DNA of 64,000 nucleotides from Podarcis melisellensis (taxonomy: Eukaryota), in NCBI GenBank assembly GCA_964234715.1, contig OZ174276.1; one strand, given 5' to 3'. The notes under the pieces were generated by a model. The model saw only the letters and a program-made list of their open reading frames with translations, was not told where the DNA came from and made no database searches. The translations under genes and the position numbers were made by a program. This document shows, in pieces, positions 23,305 to 34,614 of the stretch (positions are counted from its first letter, which is position 1; each line of letters opens with the position of its first letter).

Positions 23305-23808
23305 GGGAGTGGGTGGCGCTGTGGTCTAAACCAGTGTTTCCCAACCTTGTGCCTCCAGCTGTTTTTGAACTACAACTCCCATCATCCCTGACTAGCAAGA
23401 CCAGTGGCAAGGGATGATGGGAATTGTAGTCCAAAAACAGCTGGAGGCACAAGGTTGGGAAACACTGGTCTAAACCACTGAGCCTCTTGGGCTTGCTGAT
23501 CAGAAGGTCAGTGGTTCGAATACACATAACAGGGTGATGTGTATTGCTTTGTCCCAGCTTCTGCCAACCTCACAGTTCGAAAGCACACCAGTGCAAGTAG
23601 ATAAATAGGTACTGCTGTGGCGGGGAGGTAAATGGTGTTTCCATGTGCTCTGGCTTCCATCATGGTGTTCCGTTGTGCCAGAAGCGGTTTAGTCATGCTG
23701 GCCACATGACCCGAAAAGCTATCTGTGGACAAACACCGGCTCCTTTGGCCTGAAGCGAGATGAGCGCCGCACCCCGTAGTCAACTGTCCAGGGGTCCTTT
23801 ACCTACCT
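23305..23808 (+). mobile_element. Sauria SINE interrupted by a MITE
   Basis: Head gggtggcgctgtggtctaaac|cactgagcc...ggttcgaat, body gcaagtagataaataggtac...gtcatgctggccacatgaccc, tail ggggtcctttacct. Clearly homologous to the 20569-20904 copy. Confidence 0.9.
23332..23467. mobile_element. hAT MITE, 136 bp, nested in the SINE head
   Basis: TIRs cagtgtttcccaaccttgtgcctccagctgttttt / aaaaacagctggaggcacaaggttgggaaacactg. Perfect TSD gtctaaac (23324-23331, 23468-23475). Confidence 0.95.
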
Positions 23809-25395
23809 GTCATATAGGTTCTTGAGATTTTTTGGAGGTGCTCACGCCCAGTCACTAATTGAAACCCCACATTATAATTTTATATGGTTCAGAAACATAA
23901 AATTGCCAAAAAGAGAAATGAATTAAAAAACTGTGTTGCACAACATCTGCCTTTGTTTAGCTAATGGCAGGCAGAATTGTAGCAAGAGCGTCTGTCTCTG
24001 ACTCGGCGCTTGTTAGTTGACAACTGTGTTGCAAATTTCATTTTTAGTTCCCGCTGGCATCCACAGGAGACACAGAAAATGTATCGGTAGCTTACACAAA
24101 TAGTTTTTGGAGAATCATTTTTAAATCTGGAGAAACATTAACTTCACTTATGCCTTGCATGGTGTGTTAATTTTGACAAAGCCCTTTATGCTAGGTGGGA
24201 TTTTATAGCAGTGCTACTTTCCAGAACAATCCAGATATTTACATTAAAAACATGTCGCTTATAAATAAGCATTTTATTTAGTTCTTGTGGTATGGATCCT
24301 TTAACGAAATATTGCTGCTAGGTTTCCATAATTTGGTCAGTAATCAAGCAGTTCCATTAAACCTGCCTTTTTAAAAAATTGATTTTTTTCAGTATGTTAT
24401 CATCATGTCTGGGGCTATTGTCCATCTGTGCATCACATTTACCATTTCTATATCACATCTTTTCAACTTCCAACTTCTGAAATTGAATGGTGCAAAGGGA
24501 TGTGTTTCTTTTATCACAGATTTGACTCTCTGTTTGGTGCCAAACTTGTTCTAGGAAGCCTAGGCAATTATACATTTTCTCAGGCTTCCTGGATAGTTTT
24601 TGTAGGTTGCTATTTCTCAGCCTCAGTGCCCCATGTGTAAAGTGTAAGTGACCAACTTGGAACCGCTGTCACATAAGCCTAGTGGGAATTGTAAAGGGAA
24701 ATTTGGAAGAGAATGTTGACTGGTTTGAATCATAGCTGTCAACTTTTCCCTTTTCTTGCGAAGAATCCTATTTGAAATAAGGGAATTTCCCTTAAAAAAA
24801 GGGAAACGTTGACAGCTATGGTTTGAATACGACTGGCTTCTTCAGTGAATTTTAACCTGGGGTCTTTTGGAGACAATTGAATAAGGAAAAGCCTGTTCCT
24901 TCCTTGAGATTTGGGAATTGGGCTAACAGCCAATCCAATAAGCTTACATACAGACCCTCACCATTGGATGAGACTTTCTGAGTCTTCAGCAACCACTCGC
25001 CTAAGCCTGCTCTTGATAACAAAAGCGGACTAAAGAGTTAACATTGTTTCCCAAGCTGTAACATTTAAAAAGGAGGTCAAAAGTAATAATGGGTCAGTTT
25101 CCCTGGTGCAGGAGGCCACATGTACACTTGAAATGTTTACACTGACACATCACTCAGGTGAAAGAGCCGGGCTGTTACAAAGTAATACAAGACCAATTCC
25201 CTAGAGAGGCAGGTGAGGGTATTTACAAATAAGCTACCTTGAGGGTGTGGAATATTGACTTAAGTGACTGCAAAAGTGATCACTTACCCAACAGGAAAAT
25301 GTCAGAAAGGGAAAGGGTGAGTGCATGGGGGAAGTATCTCTTTAACAGCAACAGCAGACTGGTTTCGGTTAGATTCATGCCTTCATCTTCTAGTT

Positions 25396-25520
25396 CAGTG
25401 TTGCTAAACTGGTGCTTTCAAGATGTTTTAGACTGCAACTCCATCATCCCTGACCATGAGCTGTTGTGGCTGGGGCTGCTGGGAGCTCCAAAACATCTGC
25501 AGGGCCATATTGGCTCTCTG
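25396..25520. mobile_element. Old hAT-type MITE
   Basis: agatgttttagactgcaactccatcatccctgacca...gggagctccaaaacatct core, diverged. No clear TSD. Confidence 0.55.
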
Positions 25521-26390
25521 TGTCTTACAGTTTGTTCTCTGATGTCTGGACACTCTGTTAATTAATTGGAGCTTCAACAGGAAAATGAAAAAGAATAACA
25601 TGGAACGGCAGTTCTCTGGTTGCAGCCAATCTTCGCTCTCAAAAACTGGTGACATTTTGCATAGCAAGAGCAACTTGCCTGGGCATCTTTATCACCCATT
25701 CCCAAGGTGTTGAAAAAGCACCAAGAGAACTGCTCACTAACTTGGCAAGACTCTGGCACTTGGAAGCCCTGCAAGGCAGGAGACAGTGCCCATCATTGTG
25801 CAGTCCTTCTGTAATGTATGTGAGTGAGTAAAACAGACCCGAGTGACTCATTTCAGGGGTACATTTCTGTTTACATTTGCCATGCACGATTTTGCATATT
25901 TTCTTTGGAGGCCTAATTTCAGTCATCATGAAAGTAACTACTTCCCTTTTTTGAGGCATAGATCTCAAATTTGTTCTTTTCCATCCAGCTATACTAGTCT
26001 GGCTTTCCCTCCAGATTTCAATCTCAGCCCCCCTTCCTTTTCATCTTCCTCTTATATTTTAACAATTCTACCTCTCAGGCTAATTGAAGGAGTTTCCCTA
26101 AAAATATTATGTATCACAAATTTCTATCTGTGATCTTGATCTGCTTTCATTCTCTAAGAATCTTGTATCTTTTGACTACTGATTTTAAATTAACACATAG
26201 AATCTAGCAATGAAAATGTATAGGATTTTTAAAAGGCTCAGAGAAACATAGCAGAAAACTGAAATATAAATATCCATTGTTTTCCTCCTCTTGTGCAAAG
26301 ACTGTGCCTTTAGATACTTTGCAGAGAAATGTACATCCTATTTTTAACATAAGTAGTGCAATAAAGAACCAAGTTACATATGGCACAGGA

Positions 26391-26529
26391 CAGCCTTCAC
26401 CATCCTCATGCAGTCCAGATGTTTCGGATTACAACTTTCATCAGCCCCAGACTCATCTGGCTGTGCTGCCTGGTGCTGATGGGAGTTGTAGTCCTAAACA
26501 TCTGGAGGGCACAAGGATAGTGAAGGGTG
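26391..26529. mobile_element. Older hAT-type MITE
   Basis: Termini cagccttcacca / tagtgaagggtg around tccagatgttt...gatgggagttgtagtcctaaacatctgga. Confidence 0.6.
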
Positions 26530-26637
26530 GCATACGAAATGGCCATCACATCTCCAAATATTTTTAGTTTTCTTTTAAAGCTAAGACTTCCAAATTGGAC
26601 CAGAACACCAGCTAAATATAAAAGAGCCTTGTTGGGG

Positions 26638-26760
26638 TCATAGAGCTATAGAGTTGGAAGGGACCTTGAGGGTCATCTAGTGCAACCCCCTGCAACGCAG
26701 ACATCCTGCCCAAAGCCGTCCCTGGATGGGCTCGAACCGCCTACCTTCTTGATTAAACAG
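26638..26760 (-). mobile_element. Short tRNA-head / CR1-tail SINE
   Basis: Minus-strand B-box ggttcgagccc linked to a tail (agagttggaagggacc...tctagtgcaacccc) that matches the CR1 3' end at 21617. Confidence 0.65.
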
Positions 26761-26931
26761 CATCTCTTTGTAAAATTAGCCATCAGGGAGGTGGGATGAG
26801 AATAGTAGTGGCTTAGATGATCGAGTTATTTGAGATCAGAAGTTAAGTTCCAGAACTCATTTGTGTTTTGCTAATTACTGAAAATGTTCACATGTCATTT
26901 TTCATGTGCAAATCTCTTTTAAGCTTCTAAT

Positions 26932-27172
26932 GAGAGCCAGTGTGGTGTAGTGGTTAAGAGCGGTAGACTCCTAATCTGGGGAACCGGGTTCGCGTCTCTG
27001 CTCCTCCACATGCAGCTGCTGGGTGGCCTTGGGCCAGTCACACTTCTTGAAGTCTCTCAGCCCCACTCACCTCACAGAGTGTTTGTTGTGGGGGAGGAAG
27101 GGAAAGGAGAATGTTAGCCGCTTTGAGACTCCTTAAAGGGAGTGAAAGGCGGGATATCAAATCCAAACTCTT
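26932..27172 (+). mobile_element. Young full-length tRNA-derived SINE (Squam3-like)
   Basis: A-box tggtgtagtggtt, B-box-like gggttcgcgtc, tail gatatcaaatccaaactcttc. The short direct repeat ttctaat flanks both ends. Confidence 0.85.
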
Positions 27173-27686
27173 CTAATGTAATTTACAGTCATATTGCCTT
27201 CATTAGTGGAGATGAGCTTTGTTCCCATTTCAGACTAGGGCTGAGTGAGCGGCACTTGTGCAGAATCCACAAATGCCCCTTCTTGTATTACATCAGCTAC
27301 ATGGGAAAAAGCTGCATTGCAGGAACTCCCATGCCACCAGCAGAACCTAAGAAAGAGCCATAGGTTTTATTCATTTGTTGTCTGCAGCAACATGGACTTT
27401 TCAGAGGAAGCATAGTCTTCACAGCTTCCCACTTCTACTTAACCTGAATCAAAGAAAAGAATTAAAAATGTGTCTGATAAACATCAATCATCCACTCACT
27501 GAAAACTAAAACACAACTACTGTACATTTGATGAGCTGTCTTTGAAATTGCCTCGCAGGACACAACTCAGGTGGCACAACTCAGAAACAAACTATTTTAT
27601 GATGTGAAGTTATTCTTCTAGAAACTTTAATTTTGTATTTGAGATTAATTACAGAGATAATTAGGTTTTGTTTTGATTCCTTTCAG

Positions 27687-27754
27687 GGATGATGGTGGTG
27701 ATCGTACTACTGCTGATTGCGATAGTCGTCGTTGCTGTGTGGCCCACAAAATAA
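27687..27754 (+). CDS. STX8: Syntaxin-8 terminal coding exon (C-terminal transmembrane anchor)
   Basis: Acceptor ttttgattcctttcAG (27685-27686). Translates (G)MMVVIVLLLIAIVVVAVWPTK*, stop TAA 27752-27754. Phase matches the upstream exon. Matches the STX8 tail GMIMVILLLLVAIVVVAVWPTN. Confidence 0.96.
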
Positions 27755-28547
27755 CCAATGGAGCTATTACTTTGGAGCCATAGCACTGAGGCAAGGAAAA
27801 TTTGATCTCATTACTGACACTTTCTGTGGACTTGGCTGTATTTGACTCATTCTCAGTGCACTGGCAGAAGCACGGCTGGTGGAGAATTCATTTTGCAAAA
27901 ATCTCTATCCAGTAGGACTTGATATTTTTGAGAATGTTACTGGTAGGAGGCGAATCTCCTAACAAACATCAAAGCATAAATGCAATTAATTCCAATTCCA
28001 CCTGTCTCTGCTAGGTGGGATCTACAGTTAATCTCTAGCATGCCAAGCTAAGATATTGGAGTTTTCATTCTAACATTATCTTTGAAGCTGAAATTAATAC
28101 ATCTTGGTTTTGAATGTCAGGGCAGTGGATCTGGTTCAGGCAAACTGCTGCTCTGATCCATGTTCTGTTGCACATGGATATTTGCACAACCCTTTCAGAT
28201 GCACATAAATCCTGGATAATCTTTGGCTTGAGACAGAACAGTTACTGCTGTTACATTTATATAGACAGGAGCAAATTGGTATTGTTTGGAAAATCAGATG
28301 ATATTTCTATCCTAAAATGCAAACACTAACACATTATGCTGTGCTGTGTAGTTTTCCTCCTAACTACATTAATAGCAGGGAAGAAACATGATTACCTGAA
28401 GCTCCAAAATCTATATTTTAGATGAGAAATTAAAATAGTTGAGAGTAGCAATACAAAAAGTCACTAATGTTTGCTCACCTCCATAAATCATTATTTTGCT
28501 ACATATGTGCCAACTTGATTGATCAATTTACTACAATAACAAGAAGG

Positions 28548-28553
28548 AATAAA
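28548..28553 (+). terminator. STX8: Probable STX8 polyadenylation signal (AATAAA); 3' UTR about 0.8 kb
   Basis: First AATAAA I found after the stop, followed by a T/GT-rich tract (about 28590-28640). An ATTAAA at 28429-28434 is an alternative. Confidence 0.55.
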
Positions 28554-29096
28554 ACACTTAATTTCTGTATTACTCTTTGGGCACATCATTATTTCATTTT
28601 CTGCCCTTCTTTTCTTTTCTTTGTTTTGTTTTCCTGTGGGTCAGGGAAGTTTGAAATCTAAAGAACTTTAAAGACTGCCTCTGGCTGTCAATCCACCTAA
28701 GCTCTGATATTTGTTGACTGAATGAATTTTGGGAAATGGTTCTATGAGAACAGTAGATTTTTAAAGAAAGCTGCATTAGGACGTGTGTGCCCACATCCAA
28801 GACAGTGCAGGAAGCAGCTGTGGAAATCCTTTTATAATCAATACTTCAGTCTCCAGAGCATGTTGTTTTGACCGTGCTACAGTAAATAGTGAACCTCTAG
28901 TCCACTGTTGGGAATGGGTGGTATACTGCAAAGGTGAGAGATCCTAGATCAAAAAGATAACCACTGCATGATCCACTGGAAGGAGATGGGTGCATGTACA
29001 ATCAATAGCCCTTTTGTTTAAGACTCCATAGAGGTGGTTGGTTCTAGAGCTGCCCACCATATGGATGTTCCCTTACAATAGCCAAAGACAACATGG

Positions 29097-29235
29097 GAAC
29101 ATAGGAAGCAGCCTTCTATTGAGTCAAATCATTGGTCTTTCTGGTTCAGTATCGGCAGCTACTCTCCAGGCAAGGGAAATTGTCGGTCCTACCTGGAGAG
29201 GTTAGGGGTTGAACCCTGGACTTTCTGCTTGCAAT
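29097..29235 (-). mobile_element. Old tRNA-derived SINE
   Basis: aacataggaagcagcctt...cctacctggaga...ggttgaaccctggact. Same family as 40120-40232 in opposite orientation. Confidence 0.55.
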
Positions 29236-30319
29236 GTTCTTATCACAGAGCAAGCAAAGAATGCAAAGGAGAATTATCATGCACAGTCATGGCAGACTTT
29301 GGTGAGACATGGTCAGCAAAACTATGGAGTCTGTTTGCGTTCTTCTGGAAAGTAACAGCACCACTTTCCACTGAAGATCATTCAAACATTTTGATCATTC
29401 AAACATTTTGTGTATCTTTTGAACCTGGGGCTGGCTGAAAGTTGTCTTTTCCATAGATGGTTCCCCTGCCCCCGATCCCCCTTTCTAAGTTGTAATAAAG
29501 AAATGAAAGCCAAAAAGTAAGTAAAGCAGCTTTTCTAGAAAGAGATGCATTCAGCCAGATCTGCATTAGAACCCAAGTTGGTTGAACTGTGTGGTACTGA
29601 TTAAATGTAGGGAAGAACAAGAGACATCACCAGACTTGGGTGCTTCTTCCATTACCTGTGGTGTGGCTGGTACTCCCCCATAGCTTCCAGAAGAGCTAGT
29701 ATGGAAATCTAGTGTTTCATTTCTAAAATGGTGCATGGAAGTATCTTTTGAGCAGGAAGCCTATCCCTAACTTCAGATTTTGGAGAGGAGTTGCTCATAG
29801 TTCCTTGGTAGTAAAGAACTTAGTCAAGGTAAGTTCTCACTCCAATTAATCCATGGAGCGACAACAGTTGCAGGTTGGTGTTGCCACTGGAAAAACCTAG
29901 CAGTATTTTCAAGCTTCCCAGTGGGACCACCTTTACAAAGCAGAACATACTTATTATCTGTGATAATGAGTAACAATAACCAATTATTTCTGCTTGGGAA
30001 GGCTGGTGTCCGGTGTACTTCATTCCTTGGTTCTAATATATGCAGAATAATTGGCTTTCTCAACATTACGGGTGTTTTGAAGGTGAAAGAAAAATGCAGT
30101 CGCTTCAGAACTTCACAAAGGCTGTAGTTACAACAGGAGCAAAATTCAGTACACATAAAAACAGCTTATGTTGATGTGCTTGCTTGATTCTCCACCTCTG
30201 ATCCAGTATTGTTGTTTTACATTACTTTTCGAAACCTTAGAGGGAACAGTTGTAAGAAATATTTGCTTATTTTCAGTGGAAGATATTGTATTCCCCGAAG
30301 CTCACAGAATCACACTGCT

Positions 30320-30607
30320 AAGTATGTAAGAGTTCTTCGGATCATACCAAAGGCCCATCCTGTCCAGCATCTTGATTTTCACCGTGACCAGTCAGATGCT
30401 TAAGAGACGCCTACAAGCAGAATATGAGCACAATAATTAACTCTCACTTGTTTCCCACAGCTCTGGTATTTAGAGGTAGACTGCCTCTGATCCTGGAGTT
30501 AATCAGGATCAGCTATCCCGATTAGCAGCATTCGATAGCCTTATATCATCCATGAATTTGCCTAATCCCCTTTCAAAGCTAAGTTGATGGCAATTAGCAC
30601 AACTTGT
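30320..30607 (-). mobile_element. CR1 LINE 3'-end fragment in the STX8-NTN1 intergenic gap
   Basis: ccaaaggcccatc...ctggtatttagaggtagactgcctc...tccatgaatttgcctaatcccctttcaaag is the reverse complement of the 3' UTR type seen at 1540-1695. Confidence 0.7.
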
Positions 30608-30661
30608 TCATCCTGTTTCAACAGAAGAGACTGGCATAAGGTGAGTAGAAGTTTACAAGAG

Positions 30662-30667
30662 TTTATT
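30662..30667 (-). terminator. NTN1: Probable distal NTN1 polyadenylation signal (AATAAA on - strand)
   Basis: TTTATT on + strand at the end of the AU-rich block. More proximal minus-strand AATAAA hexamers lie at 34716-34721, 34234-34239, 31654-31659 and 31642-31647. Confidence 0.55.
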
Positions 30668-33600
30668 TGACAGATGTCTGGATTTAGTCCTATCAAATGG
30701 ATCCTGCACAGTTACATGCTGCTCCTGGTTCAGTTGTCAGCCCATCTAACAAATAAAAGAAAACGGAGGGAGGGGGAATAAGAAAATCCACAACTTTTTT
30801 TCCACATGTCATTAAATATATTCATATATATAACCATAATATATTAGTATGCATTGTAAAGAAACATTGCCCCAAAACTATATGTAATAGTCATAACTAA
30901 ACAACATTTACAATTCATGATATTAACAGGAATAATCGAAACACAGCTGATTTTCCCCCCTGTGTAATAGGGAAAAGGTAAGATGATCAAGGGAATGAGC
31001 ATACAATGAACCAGCTAAAACAAAACATAAAATGGGGAGGAAGCCATTGTTCAATGCTACTCATGAGTGGTGATTGTTTTGGCATTTCAGCTGCTTCTCA
31101 GAATGGTTTGTGTTGCCCTTTTACCCTGTCAGTGTAGAGCTTGGAATGTTTCTCAAGAAGAACTTGAATGTAGTCTTGACAATCCGCTGCTGTGTGGCAC
31201 TCCTAGAGCAGGTGCAAGGCATCAACTTCCTTTTTTTTTGAGATTCATTTAAATAATAAATTTGGTGGTAGTTTTACTTATTTTCTCAACTGCAAAAAAA
31301 AATTAGTTCTTTAGGAAACTATGGCTTGCCATTCTGCTTCCTAAACTACAGTCTTTGCTGAGCTGTTCTTGCAGAGTTCTAGTCCCTTAAATTTTGGCTG
31401 TGAAACCAACAGGAAAGGATTGAGTGTTAGCCTCCGAATAAAAAGGACAACCCTAAATGTAAGAGACAATCCTGACCATATACTACCTCCTAAGCACATT
31501 TGATGGTGTAGGAAGATTTGAAGCGCCACCAAATAAGTAGCCCCAAGTATGCAGAGGCTGTGTTGCTGTATTTCTGTTTTAGAGAAAAAGAGAGAGGGGT
31601 TCTAGAATGTAAGCCAACCCCCCCCCCCAAATATAACTCCTTTTATTTCATAGTTTATTGATGGAAGCTGAAAGTCTCTCTGACTCTCCTATATGCCCAT
31701 TGCAGTACACCTAGATAGGTATATTCTATAAATGTGAGATGTGCAAAACAAACCCTTAAGCCTGCCAATATAGATGACAAGAAAAAGGCTCTTCTTACTA
31801 ATTTGGGATGAGGATAAAGTAATCTAAAATATTACATTTCTGGTTAATATACAGTTTCTGAGTTCTAGCCTATTTTACATTTTGTACTATACAGTCAGCA
31901 TTCCTGGTTTTCTCTATAAGCGCCCCTCCCTTCATCTGCCTTTTGCTACCTTGGTGTCTCCATCCCCCTTTACAGCTTTCTAGGATATTGGTGTCCACTA
32001 TGGAAGCGCAGGCCATTTTCCAGCTGTCCTATAGGGGATTGGGCACACAGTGAGGGTATCTGCTTGTAAACATTGTTTTGAGGAATCATTTAGTGGTTAT
32101 CAGTACTAATTCCCAAAACCAAACATAGAACTGGCTCCTGAATGCTCACAGGAATATGTATGTGCTGCTGTGTAGTTAAGATGCAGAACAGAACTGTCAA
32201 GGGGAAACAACATCACACCAAGATCTGTATTGTAACCAGAGAATTTCATATGGAAAGTGAGTATGGAGAGGTTTGTGTCAAGGAGAAGGATGCACTCGTC
32301 AGGCTGAGATGGATTTTTAGGAGCTTTGATTTTTGTTTCTGAATTTTCAGTCTAGGATAAATCTTTTGTCAGACTAGTAAGCACGTTATGTGAAAATCAA
32401 ATTGTTTTCTGTTCAATGCTGGAACACTAATGAGAACTCAGACATAAGCCCCTCCCCTCCTCCATGTTACCTTTAGGACACAAAGAAAATATGCAGTCAC
32501 TGAGCTACCTCACAGGCCACAGCTCAGAGAAGAGTCTGAACCTGACTAAGTTACAGCTTAGGCAGAGTATCTTTACACCCTGTTTTACCCAGGCTGTGTG
32601 ACTTGTAAAACCCCTGCGTTCCATTGATTTTAAAATAAAAGCCAGGCTTTTTGAAGGGCTCTCTGTTTTCTTTAGTGTCTAGGTTCTATATGAAAAATAG
32701 ATGACATTTTGAGAGGGGCGTTTGAAACCATGAATTTAAAAAAAAAATTCAACAGTAGCAAAAGTGAAGCTAAACAACAGAGGGTTTCAGTTCAGCTTTA
32801 AACGCAATTACTACTTAAAAAATGAATGTTCCATACAGGAGTACCTACCTCACCACTGATGTTTATCACTGATGGGCCTGTATTCAGAGTCTATATCAGT
32901 GCTAAGATTTTACAGACTGCTCTTTCAATACACTACACTTCAACATGTTGCTAACACAAGAAAGCTGATGGCATTTGAAGAGTTTTGAGCAGTGGTTTTC
33001 AAACTGTGGTCCTAGGAATCCTAGAGTTCCTTAGAAGGTTATTCAGGGTTTCTCCTGTTGAGAAGCAGGTCCTCTTCGCTCGCATTGCACAGACTGAGTA
33101 GAATGCTGCGTGGGCTCTGGGGAGCGTCTCTCAGGTAGGCCCAGCGATCATGGTGGTTATTGCACAACAACAGAGTGCACAGTTCCTCATTGGACAAATC
33201 AGTGTAGAACAGGTATCCTCAAGATAGGAAGTTCGAAAACCAATGACCTAATAAGATGCAGCTTTTCCAGAGTTACTTACTTTGGTTCTGTCATGCAGCA
33301 GAATTAGGGGGTAGAATCTGGAGGTGATAAAATGGATTGTACTACACGTGGGTGAGAAAATAACCATTTTGAATGCTGCCGGCATGCAAAATTCCCTGCA
33401 AGTTAAAAAAAAAAAAGGAGACAAACTAGCATGTCAGGATGGTTCTAGTTCTTCCTGCTGTGCTACTTTTCTACGTTCAGGGAGTATTTTATGGAGGGCG
33501 TCACTCTAAAATATAGAACCCCACTATCTATATTATGCTACCTAATTTCACAGTATGAGTAGATCAGGGCAGTGTGTGGCTGAAACAGGACATGGCAACA

Positions 33601-34563
33601 AGCACTTTTTGTTTCAGTTGTTGGCTTGGCTCTTTTTTGTCTTCTATTTTAGTAGGTAAACTAATTCCCTCTGAATCTAAAATGAGAGCCAGTATGAACA
33701 ACACTGATAAATGTACCTCAGCTGTGAGAATGTTCTGCATATTTCTTTTTCAGCAACTAGGTTCATATAAAGAAGTGGGAGCCCAGAAACTCTCAACAGT
33801 GTGCCGAGCAGTTGAGTCAGAGCACTTCGTTCCCACCCCCTGCCTTCAGCCAGGGATCCTAACTCCTGTCCCCCTATTCTCGGCTTCCCCGGCATCTGGC
33901 CACTTTACACCTATTTGTGCTACAGTTTGTTTTATGGTAGTTTATGTCATTATATAAATATTGTCAATTGCTATAAAACAAGGCAAAACCACTGGAAAAT
34001 GTCATTAAAAGGATGTTTCCATATTTCCTAATAGGAAACATCTTGGGGAAGTTTGTATTTTGCAGAGCAGGCGTCCCTGAGCTCACGCGTGAACCGCCTG
34101 CCTAGACAGTCCTAGTTTGCAAGTTAGGGCTGATGGGAGATTTGCATGAGTGGAACAAAAATCTCCTTCAAATGGAGGTTAGGGGAAGGAAAGCATAGAG
34201 AGCTGCTGTGGGAGTGTTTGAGAGGGCATTTCCTTTATTCTAGGTATGTTATTGGCTGCAAAACATACGTTAATTAAAGCTACATTTTGGGTTCTTACAA
34301 ACATGAGTTTCCTTGTCCGAAGTGACACTTCTTGCTCCATGTAAGCATTAGTAACACTTTTGTTCTTTTGTGTCTTTTCCCACTTGGTGTTCCCTGGAGC
34401 AGATATGGTACACATCTTTGTCAATTCATTCCTTGCAGACAGAGCCAGCACATAGGATTGTCTGCAGCTCAGCAACCCTCCTGGTAAAAGGGGAAGCACT
34501 GAATGGATCTTACACTGAGAGATTAATAACCATTGCTGTGGAGAGGCACAAAAGTGGTAGCTT

Positions 34564-34568
<5 letters not shown>

Positions 34569-34610
<42 letters not shown>
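34569..34610. repeat. (GT)21 microsatellite
   Basis: Perfect dinucleotide run; reads (AC)n on the NTN1 strand. Confidence 0.98.

Positions 34611-34614
<4 letters not shown>

Noticed and set aside
26932-27010. tRNA-like sequence with A and B boxes
   Set aside because: It is the head of a SINE, continuing into a SINE body and tail with no complete cloverleaf. The same applies to the heads at about 20850 and 23310.
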